A stretch of DNA of 64,000 bases, taken from positions 1-64,000 of IMG/VR virus record IMGVR_UViG_2786546905_000002; one strand, given 5' to 3'. The position numbers were made by a program, and so were the translations under genes. Below the pieces are notes generated by a model. It did not search any database, was not told the DNA's origin, and saw nothing but the letters and a program-made list of their open reading frames with translations. Below are positions 1 to 8,351 of this stretch, piece after piece. Position 1 is the first letter of the stretch; each line of letters begins with the position of its first letter. This DNA is from a virus. Lineage: Duplodnaviria > Caudoviricetes.

Positions 1-207
1 TCGCGTGGAACGATAGAAGCGACCAAAGTCAGAGAGTCGTACCTCTTTGTTCTCGGCCAGTGCTTCACCAATGATCTTAAAAGTCATATCTATCACGTCA
101 CGGACAATGTTCTCGTCCTCGGCCACCAGCAAATCTTCTAAATCTTTACGTATGATTTGCTCGAACTCAGGACGGTTGATGCGGCGTGGCTCTTCTGCAG
201 GCTTCAA
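1..207 (-). CDS. HU/IHF-family DNA-bending protein, truncated by window edge (not in ORF track)
   Basis: Manual translation from TTG at 207 with GGGAGG RBS: MKPAEEPRRINRPEFEQIIRK...IIGEALAENKEVRLSDFGRFY. EALxxxxxVxLxxFGxF is the HU/IHF signature. Confidence 0.75.
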   Translation of the reverse strand, partial: MKPAEEPRRINRPEFEQIIRKDLEDLLVAEDENIVRDVIDMTFKIIGEALAENKEVRLSDFGRFYRSTR

Positions 208-218
208 GTGACCTCCCG

Positions 219-554
219 TTATTTGATTTGATTGATAATGCGCTTTCTGAAAGGGGGTGTAACAGAGAAGCGGAGCTTTTGACGTGCGGGGATATTGCTA
301 GGAACGCCAGTCTTAGGGTTACGGCCTACTCGCTCGCCCTTGGTGTTACAGCTAAATACCCCAATACCACTAAATACGACGGTCTGGCCCTCATTCATAA
401 CGCTAGCCTTGATTTGCTCCAGCATCTTATCTATCACAGATTCACAAATTACTTTGCTGCCACGGTGGCGGTCATAAATACGATGACTAACTTTGTCCAC
501 TATGTCGCTTTTGGTCATGACCTCTACGTCGTTTTTGGTGGTGATTTCAGACAC
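219..554 (-). CDS. HU/IHF-family DNA-binding protein
   Basis: MTKSDIVDKV...GQTVVFSGIGVF...ERVGRNPKTG..IPARQKLRF, the canonical HU/IHF arm motif GRNPKTG. Confidence 0.92.
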   Translation of the reverse strand: MSEITTKNDVEVMTKSDIVDKVSHRIYDRHRGSKVICESVIDKMLEQIKASVMNEGQTVVFSGIGVFSCNTKGERVGRNPKTGVPSNIPARQKLRFSVTPPFRKRIINQIK

Positions 555-802
555 TCTAAATCCTCTTTTATCTGTTTTAATGTAACCCCATATTTCAAGC
601 CATACTCCCTTATCGCCTCTGCTATAACTTCTTCATTGCTATTGCATCCTGATCGCTTCTTAACTTCTTCTATAAGGCCTCTCTGGGTGGCTGAGCTACG
701 AAAATAAATGCGCTTGACTCCAAAACTATCCATTCGCGCCTTGTGACGCTTGGAGCGTTGGGCTGGGGTTAAAGGGGCTCGTTTCTTCTTTCGCTCTTTC
801 AT
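524..802 (-). CDS. Small basic putative DNA-binding protein (ORF track extends start to 868)
   Basis: LTPAQRSKRHKAR motif typical of small phage regulators. TATAAT and the operator motif lie just upstream of ATG 802. Confidence 0.6.
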   Translation of the reverse strand: MKERKKKRAPLTPAQRSKRHKARMDSFGVKRIYFRSSATQRGLIEEVKKRSGCNSNEEVIAEAIREYGLKYGVTLKQIKEDLECLKSPPKTT

Positions 803-850
803 ATCAACGATTATACACACATTCCGAACCACTATTATAAAAAGAGTATA

Positions 851-881
851 AAAAAAACGCGGCATCAAATACCGCGTTTTT
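851..881. terminator. Intrinsic terminator (bidirectional)
   Basis: AAAACGCGG-catcaaata-CCGCGTTTT flanked by A/T tracts just after the stop of 902..1603. Confidence 0.75.
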
Positions 882-901
882 ATTAAGAGTGATTCAACTG
901 T

Positions 902-1603
902 CTATTGCCGTTTGAACTGAGAGAAATGGCTAAGCGTACCTTGCTGGGTGTTGAGTGGCTTCTTAATGGTCTTGGCCTGCTTGGCAATCTTATACAGCAA
1001 AGCCTCCCACTCCATGTAAGGCATATCACGCCAACCACTTACAGGCTGGCCCTGATCATTCATGAATATGTAAGTGTGCTTAGCTTCTTTGAATGGGATA
1101 GGTTCCTCGTTCTGGCCCTTACGGACCTCAAAGATGCTGCGACTAGGGATATAACGAACTTTTAGGCCTACTGTCGCTGCTACCGCTTTAATTACACCGC
1201 TATCAACTCTAATGTCTTCTTTGAAGATCTTCGTATTCACGATCTCACGGCGGTTCTCTATCGTCTCTTTGCGCCATTCAAAAATGATGCAGCGAACGTG
1301 AGGGGTGCGAATGTCGCTTTTAAGCTTAAGCATGCCAGCTTCATACAGCTGAGTGATGATTCGATAGTTGATCTTAGTTCTTGGTGCAATGGTGTTACCC
1401 ACGCCCTCATAATCACAAACGTATGCACCGGTTAACCACTTGTAAGCCTGCTGGCTGCCAAACTCACTCGCTGGGGTGTAGCTTAAGATCAGGTTGTCTC
1501 GATACAGGTAGTCGCAAAGGAAATTCCGAACGGCCTTAGACGCATTCAGTTTAGATAGGTCAAAAGGACGAATTTCGTCCTTTTGATACTTCTCAGCTAG
1601 CAT
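902..1603 (-). CDS. Hypothetical phage protein, 233 aa
   Basis: Long ORF tightly packed in the operon; no motif recognised. Confidence 0.75.
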   Translation of the reverse strand: MLAEKYQKDEIRPFDLSKLNASKAVRNFLCDYLYRDNLILSYTPASEFGSQQAYKWLTGAYVCDYEGVGNTIAPRTKINYRIITQLYEAGMLKLKSDIRTPHVRCIIFEWRKETIENRREIVNTKIFKEDIRVDSGVIKAVAATVGLKVRYIPSRSIFEVRKGQNEEPIPFKEAKHTYIFMNDQGQPVSGWRDMPYMEWEALLYKIAKQAKTIKKPLNTQQGTLSHFSQFKRQ

Positions 1604-1626
1604 AACTTTTCCTAGTGTTTGTCACA

Positions 1627-2355
1627 TTATGCTGCCAGTGTAGTTTTGTTATCGAATGATGGCAACGCTAAGTAATTCGTCAGCTGCTCCATGCAGGCAT
1701 CAAACCCTTTGGCCGCAACCACGTAATACCCCATTTTTTGATACCGTTCCATCTTGTCTTTCTGCTCTTTGCTAACGGTACCTTTATCGGTTTTTACCTC
1801 CAAAAACATCCCGTGATAGATCCCTTTGGGGATGGGAATAAATACATCCGGTGTGCCTTTCTTTTGGCCCTCATACTTCATGAGGCTAGCCGCTCTAGGG
1901 GTTCGATAACCACCATTGGGGATAGCAAATACGAACTCATACTCGTTCGGGTATTGGACCTCTATCGTGTAGAACAAGCGTACCTGCAGCCAGTGCTCTG
2001 CTAGCTTTGTATCATTGAGCTCTTTGGGTGTCTTAATCCCTTGGGCCAATCGCTGCTTGTGTGGCGATTCCAGTGTGACTTTCTTTTGTGTGGCCGCTCT
2101 GGCCACCTCACTGTCTCGCTTAAGAATGGCCACCAGCCAATTAGGAAGCTCAGACGTATCCATTAGCGCTGTGCTTACCTGTGCTGCAGTTGGTGGAGTC
2201 ATTACACTTGCTGATATTCGATTAAGCTCTGCTATGGGAGCGTCAATGTTGAAGTCGCCACCATGGCCAGCCTTAACCCCTTTCCTCTTCCATTTTTTAC
2301 GCTTCTCTACCTGCTTGAATAGGAAGTCGTTTCCGAACCTTGCGCCTTTAGCCAT
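1627..2355 (-). CDS. VRR-NUC domain (PD-(D/E)XK) nuclease
   Basis: FAIPNGG...GTPDVFIP...GMFLEVKT.KG.VS.EQ...GY.V motif. Confidence 0.9.
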   Translation of the reverse strand: MAKGARFGNDFLFKQVEKRKKWKRKGVKAGHGGDFNIDAPIAELNRISASVMTPPTAAQVSTALMDTSELPNWLVAILKRDSEVARAATQKKVTLESPHKQRLAQGIKTPKELNDTKLAEHWLQVRLFYTIEVQYPNEYEFVFAIPNGGYRTPRAASLMKYEGQKKGTPDVFIPIPKGIYHGMFLEVKTDKGTVSKEQKDKMERYQKMGYYVVAAKGFDACMEQLTNYLALPSFDNKTTLAA

Positions 2356-2371
2356 AATCCAAGTTCACTTA

Positions 2372-2400
2372 TTGCTTTCTAAAATCAATGCTCTTAATGT
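2372..2400 (+). promoter_or_regulatory. Candidate sigma70 promoter for antisense sRNA-1
   Basis: TTGCTT-17 nt-TAATGT; no plus-strand CDS follows. Confidence 0.45.
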
Positions 2401-2406
2401 CTGTTC

Positions 2407-2565
2407 GTAGCTTGGTTTAAGTTCATCGTCTCTGGGGGTTAGTTACCCCATAAGCTCAGAGGCCGTCTTGGAGGCGTGAGAAACCTCAACAAGACGTTAA
2501 GGAAATTCCGAATTGATATGCTAGTACGTACAAAGCCCCCCGCCATTTTGGTGGGGGCTTTTTAT
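2407..2565 (+). ncRNA. Candidate structured small/antisense RNA (sRNA-1)
   Basis: Promoter-like element, two adjacent bulged hairpins (2430-2461, 2464-2496), terminator hairpin 2532-2563. Confidence 0.4.
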
Positions 2566-2784
2566 ATCAAGATAACGCCTTGAGCTGCGCTCTCTTATTT
2601 TCTGATTCCAGAGCATTTCCAGCTCTCCATTCCTTGCCTCATAAGTTTCAATCTCAAACTTACATTTGGAGCACGTTAGCCATTCATGGCCAACACCATC
2701 GCCGTCATAAAGAGGACGGCCACCACACGGGCAAGGTAACGCGGTGCGCTCTGTTACATCGATGTAAGCGCTACTGGGATACAT
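2521..2784 (-). CDS. Lar-family (restriction alleviation)-like Zn-finger protein (likely start MYPSS at 2784)
   Basis: LPCPCGG...WLTCSKC...LWNQK pattern resembles the Lar family CPFCG...C..C...WN.R. Confidence 0.6.
   Translation of the reverse strand: MYPSSAYIDVTERTALPCPCGGRPLYDGDGVGHEWLTCSKCKFEIETYEARNGELEMLWNQKIRERSSRRYLDIKSPHQNGGGLCTY
2532..2563 (+). terminator. GC-rich intrinsic terminator with T-tract on plus strand
   Basis: AAAGCCCCCCGCC-atttt-GGTGGGGGCTTTTT. Confidence 0.6.
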
Positions 2785-2968
2785 GCTCGATACCCCTATA
2801 GGCCTGTTTCGACTCGCGCATCGTGCTACCTCTGGCCTTGCCATTGGCTAGCTGGTGGCTGATACATTTTCTGTCTGAACATTCAGTTACAAGACTGAAA
2901 AGCTCACGACGCGTTCTGGTTAATACCCCGCACCAGTGACAGCGCGGGTTAATCTTCTTGTTAATCAT
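2771..2968 (-). CDS. Small C4 Zn-finger protein (C-x2-C-x16-C-x4-C)
   Basis: CHWC...CSDRKC. ATG 2968 overlaps the stop of the upstream gene (ATGATTAA). Confidence 0.55.
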   Translation of the reverse strand: MINKKINPRCHWCGVLTRTRRELFSLVTECSDRKCISHQLANGKARGSTMRESKQAYRGIEHVSQ

Positions 2969-3323
2969 TCGATGGCAATCCCAATGCTGTAGACCAAAGG
3001 CCAAGGTTATTCTTAGGTGAGACACGTTCGGGCTTATGTCGCTTCTGGATCGATTCCGCAGCTTTGCCTATGTCGCCGTCACACTTCTTTAAGTGATGAT
3101 GCACAGTTGTTTTTGAGACGCCTAAAGCCTTAGCAATGGCCGGTACCCCAACATGACCGTTCCATACATGACGCGGAGCGCCGCCGTTGCTCTGGCGAAG
3201 ATCCACATCCTGAATCGCTTCCTCAATACTCATACCCTTTGCTACCCTTGCCTTAATCGTTACAGCTGGAATGTCGCACTGGCGCGACAATTCCTCATAC
3301 TTAAACTCTCCCTTATGCCTCAT
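2961..3323 (-). CDS. Helix-turn-helix DNA-binding protein
   Basis: YEELSRQCDIPAVTIKARVAKGMSIEEAI and VPAIAKALGVSKTTVHHHLKK HTH-like segments. Confidence 0.7.
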   Translation of the reverse strand: MRHKGEFKYEELSRQCDIPAVTIKARVAKGMSIEEAIQDVDLRQSNGGAPRHVWNGHVGVPAIAKALGVSKTTVHHHLKKCDGDIGKAAESIQKRHKPERVSPKNNLGLWSTALGLPSND

Positions 3324-3325
3324 GG

Positions 3326-5026
3326 CTACTTCCTTTTTGACTTCTTGCCTCGCTTGCGGCTATTGGCCTTTGGTTGGGGTTTATCAGGCACACGACCACC
3401 TTTGCTTCTCATCTTGTAATCAGTGTCAAAACGCTTGTTAATTCGGTTCAATAGGGCTTGAGATTTAGGCGCTAGTAACTTGGCCTTTTCAATGTTCGCC
3501 AATGCACGGGTAAGTTCATGTTCTGGGATGTATTCATATAAGCGCTGAGCAATCTCAACGTAGGAAACTTGGGTACACCACTCGATATCAAAGTGGTTCG
3601 CGTAGTGGATCACTTTCTTGGCGCGTTCAGTGGCACGATACAGAGCCAATTCCATTTTCTTAACCGGTACCGCTTTTACAGCTTCGGTAAACTCGTCCCA
3701 ATATTGCTCTGGCAATGCGTATTGAGGATCCACTAAATCAGATAGATATGGCTTGCCATCTTCACCAATGTAAGCAGTGTGGCCACGGCCAGTATTAAGA
3801 TCCATAAGGTACATCAAGCCAAAGTCTAGGTGAGGCATTGGCTGGCCATCTTGAGGACGAATAGAGTTAGACTTGGCCAACATAAACGCTTGCCAGCTGC
3901 CCCCTTTCCATACCACTTTCATATCGTGGAACTCGACGGCCTGACCTAAGTACAGGTTGTCATTGCGAAGCTCATGGTTTTCAGCGCAGATAATCGACGT
4001 GAAGCCCATTAGCTCATCAAGGTGATGCATCACAAGGTGGTAATTGCGATCAGCGTTTCTCAAACCCTCGTCTGTGTGGGCGATCTGTGCTCGTTGGGTT
4101 TCCACCAGCTCTGTGAGCATTTCAATGTGTGAACGGCCCTCTTCCAAATCTTTCGCATTGCCTTTCACCTCTTGGTCAAGCTTTGCGTTTGTCGCAGCGG
4201 TCTTTTGTTGACGTTCGGACATAACCGCCAGCTCATTGGTTAGCGATTTCACCTTGGCTTGCGCTTCACTCAAGTCTTTTGGATCGACTTCCGTCTTTCC
4301 AGCCAGAGCCACTTTGACTTTGTTCTCGATAAGCTTCGGCACACCCTCAAGCTCTGCCTTAGCAATACGGTGCGCGTTCTCAAGTTCAGAGTTAGAACGC
4401 TTTAGCTCGTCATACTTGGTCTGCAGCTGCTCAAGTTCTCCAGACACTCGGCTCGCTTCGGCTTCGGCGGCGTTTCGCTGGGTTCTAAACACCTCCGTAC
4501 TGCCCTGTAGGCGTTCGAGGTTGTTCTTAGTCTCTTCCAGCTCTTTTTTAACGGCGGCCAGCTTTTCCTCTTGGGGCTTGCCAAGCGCCGAAAGCGTTTG
4601 AATTTGAATTTCTAAATCGGATACTTCACCTGTCAGGTTCTCCACCTTTTCGCTCAAGGCTTGCTTCTCTACGCCATACTCACCAATTTGAGTTAGGTAG
4701 CTCTGGTTCATTGCCTCAAGTTCAAAGTTCTTCGATTTATAGTTCTCCACTTCATCATTCAATTTGGCTTTATCACCCAGCGCTTTGGCTACCGTTTGTT
4801 GAATGATTTCAGGCGTGCGGTCCACTTTAGCCTGCAGTTCGTTACGTTCCTGCTCTAAAGCGCCAAGGCCAGACAGCTTGGACTTCAAATCATCAATGGT
4901 TAGTTCGAGTACCATGATGGTGGAGATCTCGCTTTCAGAAAGCTCTACACCTGACTCACTCAGTGGCCAAGGGATCTCTACAGCTAGAATGTTTTCGGTC
5001 GGGTTTTCTAAGGTGTTTGTGCTCAT
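3326..5026 (-). CDS. Long coiled-coil protein with globular C-terminus and basic tail, 566 aa
   Basis: About 330 aa of heptad-rich E/K/L sequence; C-terminus ...SRKRGKKSKRK. Confidence 0.85.
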   Translation of the reverse strand: MSTNTLENPTENILAVEIPWPLSESGVELSESEISTIMVLELTIDDLKSKLSGLGALEQERNELQAKVDRTPEIIQQTVAKALGDKAKLNDEVENYKSKNFELEAMNQSYLTQIGEYGVEKQALSEKVENLTGEVSDLEIQIQTLSALGKPQEEKLAAVKKELEETKNNLERLQGSTEVFRTQRNAAEAEASRVSGELEQLQTKYDELKRSNSELENAHRIAKAELEGVPKLIENKVKVALAGKTEVDPKDLSEAQAKVKSLTNELAVMSERQQKTAATNAKLDQEVKGNAKDLEEGRSHIEMLTELVETQRAQIAHTDEGLRNADRNYHLVMHHLDELMGFTSIICAENHELRNDNLYLGQAVEFHDMKVVWKGGSWQAFMLAKSNSIRPQDGQPMPHLDFGLMYLMDLNTGRGHTAYIGEDGKPYLSDLVDPQYALPEQYWDEFTEAVKAVPVKKMELALYRATERAKKVIHYANHFDIEWCTQVSYVEIAQRLYEYIPEHELTRALANIEKAKLLAPKSQALLNRINKRFDTDYKMRSKGGRVPDKPQPKANSRKRGKKSKRK

Positions 5027-5063
5027 GTTTCTTTTTCTTTTATCGGGACGGGGAACGTCTTAC

Positions 5064-5357
5064 TTATTGCTGGGCGAACGCTTCTAAACGCTCAGTTAAA
5101 TCCGGTAGCCATACCATGGTTTCGCTACCTCGATGTGAGTAATCAAGATCGCTATCTAAGATCGTTTCAGCTGCGTTCTTAGGACAACCATTGAGCTCTT
5201 TGGCTATCTCTCGGTGCGAAAAGTGAAAGGCAGATTCGTTATCAGTAAAATCCGTCTCTTGGGTATCTTCCCGCATATCGCGAAGAGCCTTGTTTGTCAT
5301 GCGGCGCAGAACAATGATGAGATCTTTCTGTCCGGTTAGTTTGGTTACTGTAGCCAT
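5064..5357 (-). CDS. Hypothetical protein, 97 aa
   Basis: In-operon ORF abutting ssb. Confidence 0.7.
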   Translation of the reverse strand: MATVTKLTGQKDLIIVLRRMTNKALRDMREDTQETDFTDNESAFHFSHREIAKELNGCPKNAAETILDSDLDYSHRGSETMVWLPDLTERLEAFAQQ

Positions 5358-5364
5358 GTGTCAC

Positions 5365-5871
5365 CTATGAACATGCGTATGCGCTGCGAGCGTTTCGAGC
5401 GTAGGTGTCACGAAACGGCATATCATCATCGAAGTCCATTGGAGGCTCGTTGTATTGCGGCTGGGCCTGCTGTGGCTGCTGTGGTTGACCCCAACCGCCT
5501 TGCTGTTGACCTTGGCCACCACGGCCACCCAGCATTTGCATAACACCATTGAAGCCCTGCACCACCACTTCTGTGGTGTAACGGTCCTGACCGCTTTGGT
5601 CCTGCCACTTACGAGTTTCCAGCTTACCCTCAATGTAAACCTGTGAGCCTTTGCGCAAGTACTCACCAGCTACTTCGGCTAACTTCCCGTACAGAGCGAC
5701 ACGGTGCCACTCTGTCTTTTCGCGCTGTTCGCCAGTGGCTTTATCGCGCCATGTTTCAGACGTCGCAACGGTAATGTTCGCCACTGCTCCGCCGTTTGGC
5801 ATATAGCGGATTTCTGGATCGTTCCCCAAATTCCCCACCAATATGACCTTATTAACACCTCTTGATGCCAT
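5365..5871 (-). CDS. ssb: Single-stranded DNA-binding protein
   Basis: [22 protein letters not shown]-fold, G/Q linker, DFDDDMPF acidic tip. Confidence 0.98.
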   Translation of the reverse strand: MASRGVNKVILVGNLGNDPEIRYMPNGGAVANITVATSETWRDKATGEQREKTEWHRVALYGKLAEVAGEYLRKGSQVYIEGKLETRKWQDQSGQDRYTTEVVVQGFNGVMQMLGGRGGQGQQQGGWGQPQQPQQAQPQYNEPPMDFDDDMPFRDTYARNARSAYACS

Positions 5872-5899
5872 GTTGATTCCTTAAATTTGATTACTGGTG

Positions 5900-6250
5900 C
5901 TAGCTGTTGCCATGCATCGTGCCAACACCAAAAAATAACCATTCTCTGTTTACACCACTTATTTCAGCGGCTAACTCAAGAGGCCGACACTTAAAGTCGA
6001 CCTCACCTTTTTCCATCAACTTGTAGGTGCCATTGCTGATACCAATCCGTGATGAAAATTCATTCATAGACATGCCTACTTGCTGCCTTGCTTGCCAAAG
6101 CCTTACACCCCGTTCTTTTCGGTAGCTGGCTGACTGAATCTCATTAATCCGTTCTTTTGGACGAACCATGAAATTCTTGGATTGCATCCTCTTCACGCTC
6201 TGCCTCGGTTTTTGTTGCTCGATATAAGGCCTCACGGCTTCTTTGCACAT
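5900..6250 (-). CDS. XRE/Cro-CI family HTH regulator (true start probably internal)
   Basis: RLWQARQQVGMSMNEFSSRIGISNGTYKLMEKG...LELAAEISGVNREWLFFGVG. Confidence 0.85.
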   Translation of the reverse strand: MCKEAVRPYIEQQKPRQSVKRMQSKNFMVRPKERINEIQSASYRKERGVRLWQARQQVGMSMNEFSSRIGISNGTYKLMEKGEVDFKCRPLELAAEISGVNREWLFFGVGTMHGNS

Positions 6251-6581
6251 CGCGTTTAGCCCACTCCATACAAAGCTTTTGCCATTTGATGATGGCGATC
6301 GGATTGCTTAAGTCGTAAGTGGTACCCCAGCAAGCCGAGCACTCCCATTTACTGAAAAGAGTCTTTACCCACCCCTTGCCTCCACATGTTGGACAAGGGG
6401 CTGGCCTATCTCTCAAGGCAGGATCGGCATCAGCCAAGTTGCTGAGTACTTGTTGCTCTTGCTGTTGGTTCGGATCCTCAAAACCGTAGCTTTCCAAGAT
6501 AGAGGGAGTTGCGTTGTCACGCTTCTTTACTCGCTCTTCGAGTGTTGCTCGTTTTTGCTCTGCAATCTCATTCATCACCAT
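6144..6581 (-). CDS. DnaJ-type CxxCxGxG Zn-finger protein
   Basis: CPTCGGKG...CSACWG; first gene of the leftward operon. Confidence 0.75.
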   Translation of the reverse strand: MVMNEIAEQKRATLEERVKKRDNATPSILESYGFEDPNQQQEQQVLSNLADADPALRDRPAPCPTCGGKGWVKTLFSKWECSACWGTTYDLSNPIAIIKWQKLCMEWAKRDVQRSREALYRATKTEAEREEDAIQEFHGSSKRTD

Positions 6582-6714
6582 TATTCCGAACCATTAATTT
6601 TATATGAGTATTACAAATAGGTACAAATAATGCAAAAAGTATTGAAGTGTTTATGTGTTTTGTGTAAATTTCAAATCGAGCAAGCAAACAAAATGACAAT
6701 TTGAGGCAAAAAAA

Positions 6715-6948
6715 ATGGCAATTTCAAAAACTAAAAGCGTACACGATGGTTTTCAAAGTGATTTAAAGTCGTATCAGAAATCTCATAAAGCAACCGTGTT
6801 TGACGTGATGGTGGTTCGCCACATCCAAAGCGGTACAAATGAGATTTCACGACTTGAGAAGATACTTAGAATGAACAAAGAGCGCATAATAGGCGCAATT
6901 AGCAAACATCTATTTAAGGTCAATGAGAAAACAATCGACCTAATCTAA
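6715..6948 (+). CDS. Small divergent protein, possible HTH (Cro-like) regulator
   Basis: Divergent from 6581 across an AT-rich region, GAGG RBS, followed by a terminator. Confidence 0.6.
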   Translation: MAISKTKSVHDGFQSDLKSYQKSHKATVFDVMVVRHIQSGTNEISRLEKILRMNKERIIGAISKHLFKVNEKTIDLI

Positions 6949-6967
6949 ACCACCAGCAATAACGAAC

Positions 6968-6994
6968 AAAGGCCGCTTAATAAGCGGCCTTTTT
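6968..6994 (+). terminator. Intrinsic terminator
   Basis: AAAGGCCGCTTA-a-TAAGCGGCCTTTTT. Confidence 0.8.
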
Positions 6995-7088
6995 ATTTGT
7001 TCGTAATAGACAAATCCGAGAACCCAATAAAACAAAACAAACGTGTGATTAACCAAAATCACCAATAAACTTAGGCGCTCGGAACAGA

Positions 7089-7322
7089 TTAGATAATCGA
7101 ACAAGATTTAGGATAGATTGACTCTGCACCAATTACAATTCTATCTGTCGCATTTAGAGTTACGCCAGATATCGACACGTCTTGCAAAACACACAAGATA
7201 GCCCCCAACCGGTACACGTTCCCCTCGCCTTTTCCGATCACTGATAAGCCCTCAAATTCGAACTCACCTAAATGATCCTTTTCTTTGATGAGCACACGCT
7301 CGCCACGTTTAATCAATGGCAC
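7089..7322 (-). CDS. Hypothetical protein, 77 aa
   Basis: GTG start with AGAGGGGGAG RBS downstream of the replication gene. Confidence 0.6.
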   Translation of the reverse strand: MPLIKRGERVLIKEKDHLGEFEFEGLSVIGKGEGNVYRLGAILCVLQDVSISGVTLNATDRIVIGAESIYPKSCSII

Positions 7323-7354
7323 TCCCCCTCTTGGTGGTTTCCAGTTCTTTAGCG

Positions 7355-8299
7355 TTATAGTAGGCGCAGCTGAACTCGGCCAAAACGGTCGCGATAGAAC
7401 TCCGCACGGCCCATAGCTACGTCATTTTCATTCATTTCAATAAACATTTGGTTTGCAGCGACCTTGGCTTCGTCTGGTGTACCACCAAAAGCAGCAACTT
7501 CTAGCGCTTCCCGCTCTTTCTGGGCCTTATGCTCTCCACCAATGACGTAATGTAAGAACTTCTTAAACGGTTTCGCGAGTTCAAAGCCGTGCTCAGCATG
7601 GAGTCTGATCAGCTTCTTAGCTCCAGAGGCCGTTATTCTCTTAGTCTTAGCTGCTAGTTGTAGAGACTTTACGGTGTTGGCATCTTTCCCAAAGAATCGA
7701 ACAAAAAAGGTATCACTAGGAAAAGCACAGCTCTTATTTTTATTCCTCTCTTTAGAGAGATCTTTTGATCTTTGCCTGCAATTTTGAGGATCCTGTTTTT
7801 GGTGTGAGCCCTTACAGGTATTAACAGGATCGCACTTATCCACGCTCGACCGACCCAACTGCAGGTTTTCGCGAACCACATACTTTTCAGCTGCTTGCTT
7901 AGCGTAGTTATACACACCTGTGAACAATGATTTAACGCCATCAACCAAGATCTGGATGTGACGACGTGATTGGCCAGTTTGTTGGTTGAAGACCGAGTGA
8001 CGGGTAATTAAATTGGCCTGCTGGGCCTTGGTAAGAAGATCGTAAACGGTGCGTTCGCCAACCATCTTGCAGCCGAACTTTGCCGCGCTCTGGTTGTAAA
8101 GAGAAGTAAGACGATCTGTTGATGCGTAGCAGTCGCTACCATGCTTCAAAATATGACTAGCAATACCTGACATTAGACAGGCCAGCTTTCTAACCACGGC
8201 GGGTTGTGTCTGGCTTATGTTGCCAGCTTGGCTCCTAAAACCGCTCGAAAGGTAACGCGGGTTTAAGATTAACGCGGAATTATCCATAAAAACGCTCAA
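7355..8299 (-). CDS. Putative lytic replication initiator (winged-HTH, RepL/O-like role)
   Basis: N-terminal YASTDRL...GERTVYDLLTKAQQANLITR HTH pattern, central KDLSKERNKNK linker encoded by a GATC-rich tract. Confidence 0.6.
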   Translation of the reverse strand: MSVFMDNSALILNPRYLSSGFRSQAGNISQTQPAVVRKLACLMSGIASHILKHGSDCYASTDRLTSLYNQSAAKFGCKMVGERTVYDLLTKAQQANLITRHSVFNQQTGQSRRHIQILVDGVKSLFTGVYNYAKQAAEKYVVRENLQLGRSSVDKCDPVNTCKGSHQKQDPQNCRQRSKDLSKERNKNKSCAFPSDTFFVRFFGKDANTVKSLQLAAKTKRITASGAKKLIRLHAEHGFELAKPFKKFLHYVIGGEHKAQKEREALEVAAFGGTPDEAKVAANQMFIEMNENDVAMGRAEFYRDRFGRVQLRLL

Positions 8300-8316
8300 A
8301 TTCTAGGCGTGATTGT

Positions 8317-8345
8317 TTGCCAGCGATCTGAACTATGGTTATAAT
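8317..8345 (+). promoter_or_regulatory. Near-consensus sigma70 promoter, antisense to the replication-gene leader
   Basis: TTGCCA-17 nt-TATAAT. Confidence 0.75.
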
Positions 8346-8351
8346 TACAGC

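Noticed and set aside
186-707. 173-aa plus-strand ORF and many similar antisense ORFs (e.g. 4236..4601, 30528..30965, 42760..43356, 55760..56095)
   Set aside because: Shadow frames opposite well-supported genes; no RBS or recognisable motif
2400-2520. tRNA genes in intergenic gaps (P1 carries tRNAs)
   Set aside because: No cloverleaf or TTCGA T-loop arrangement found in this or other gaps
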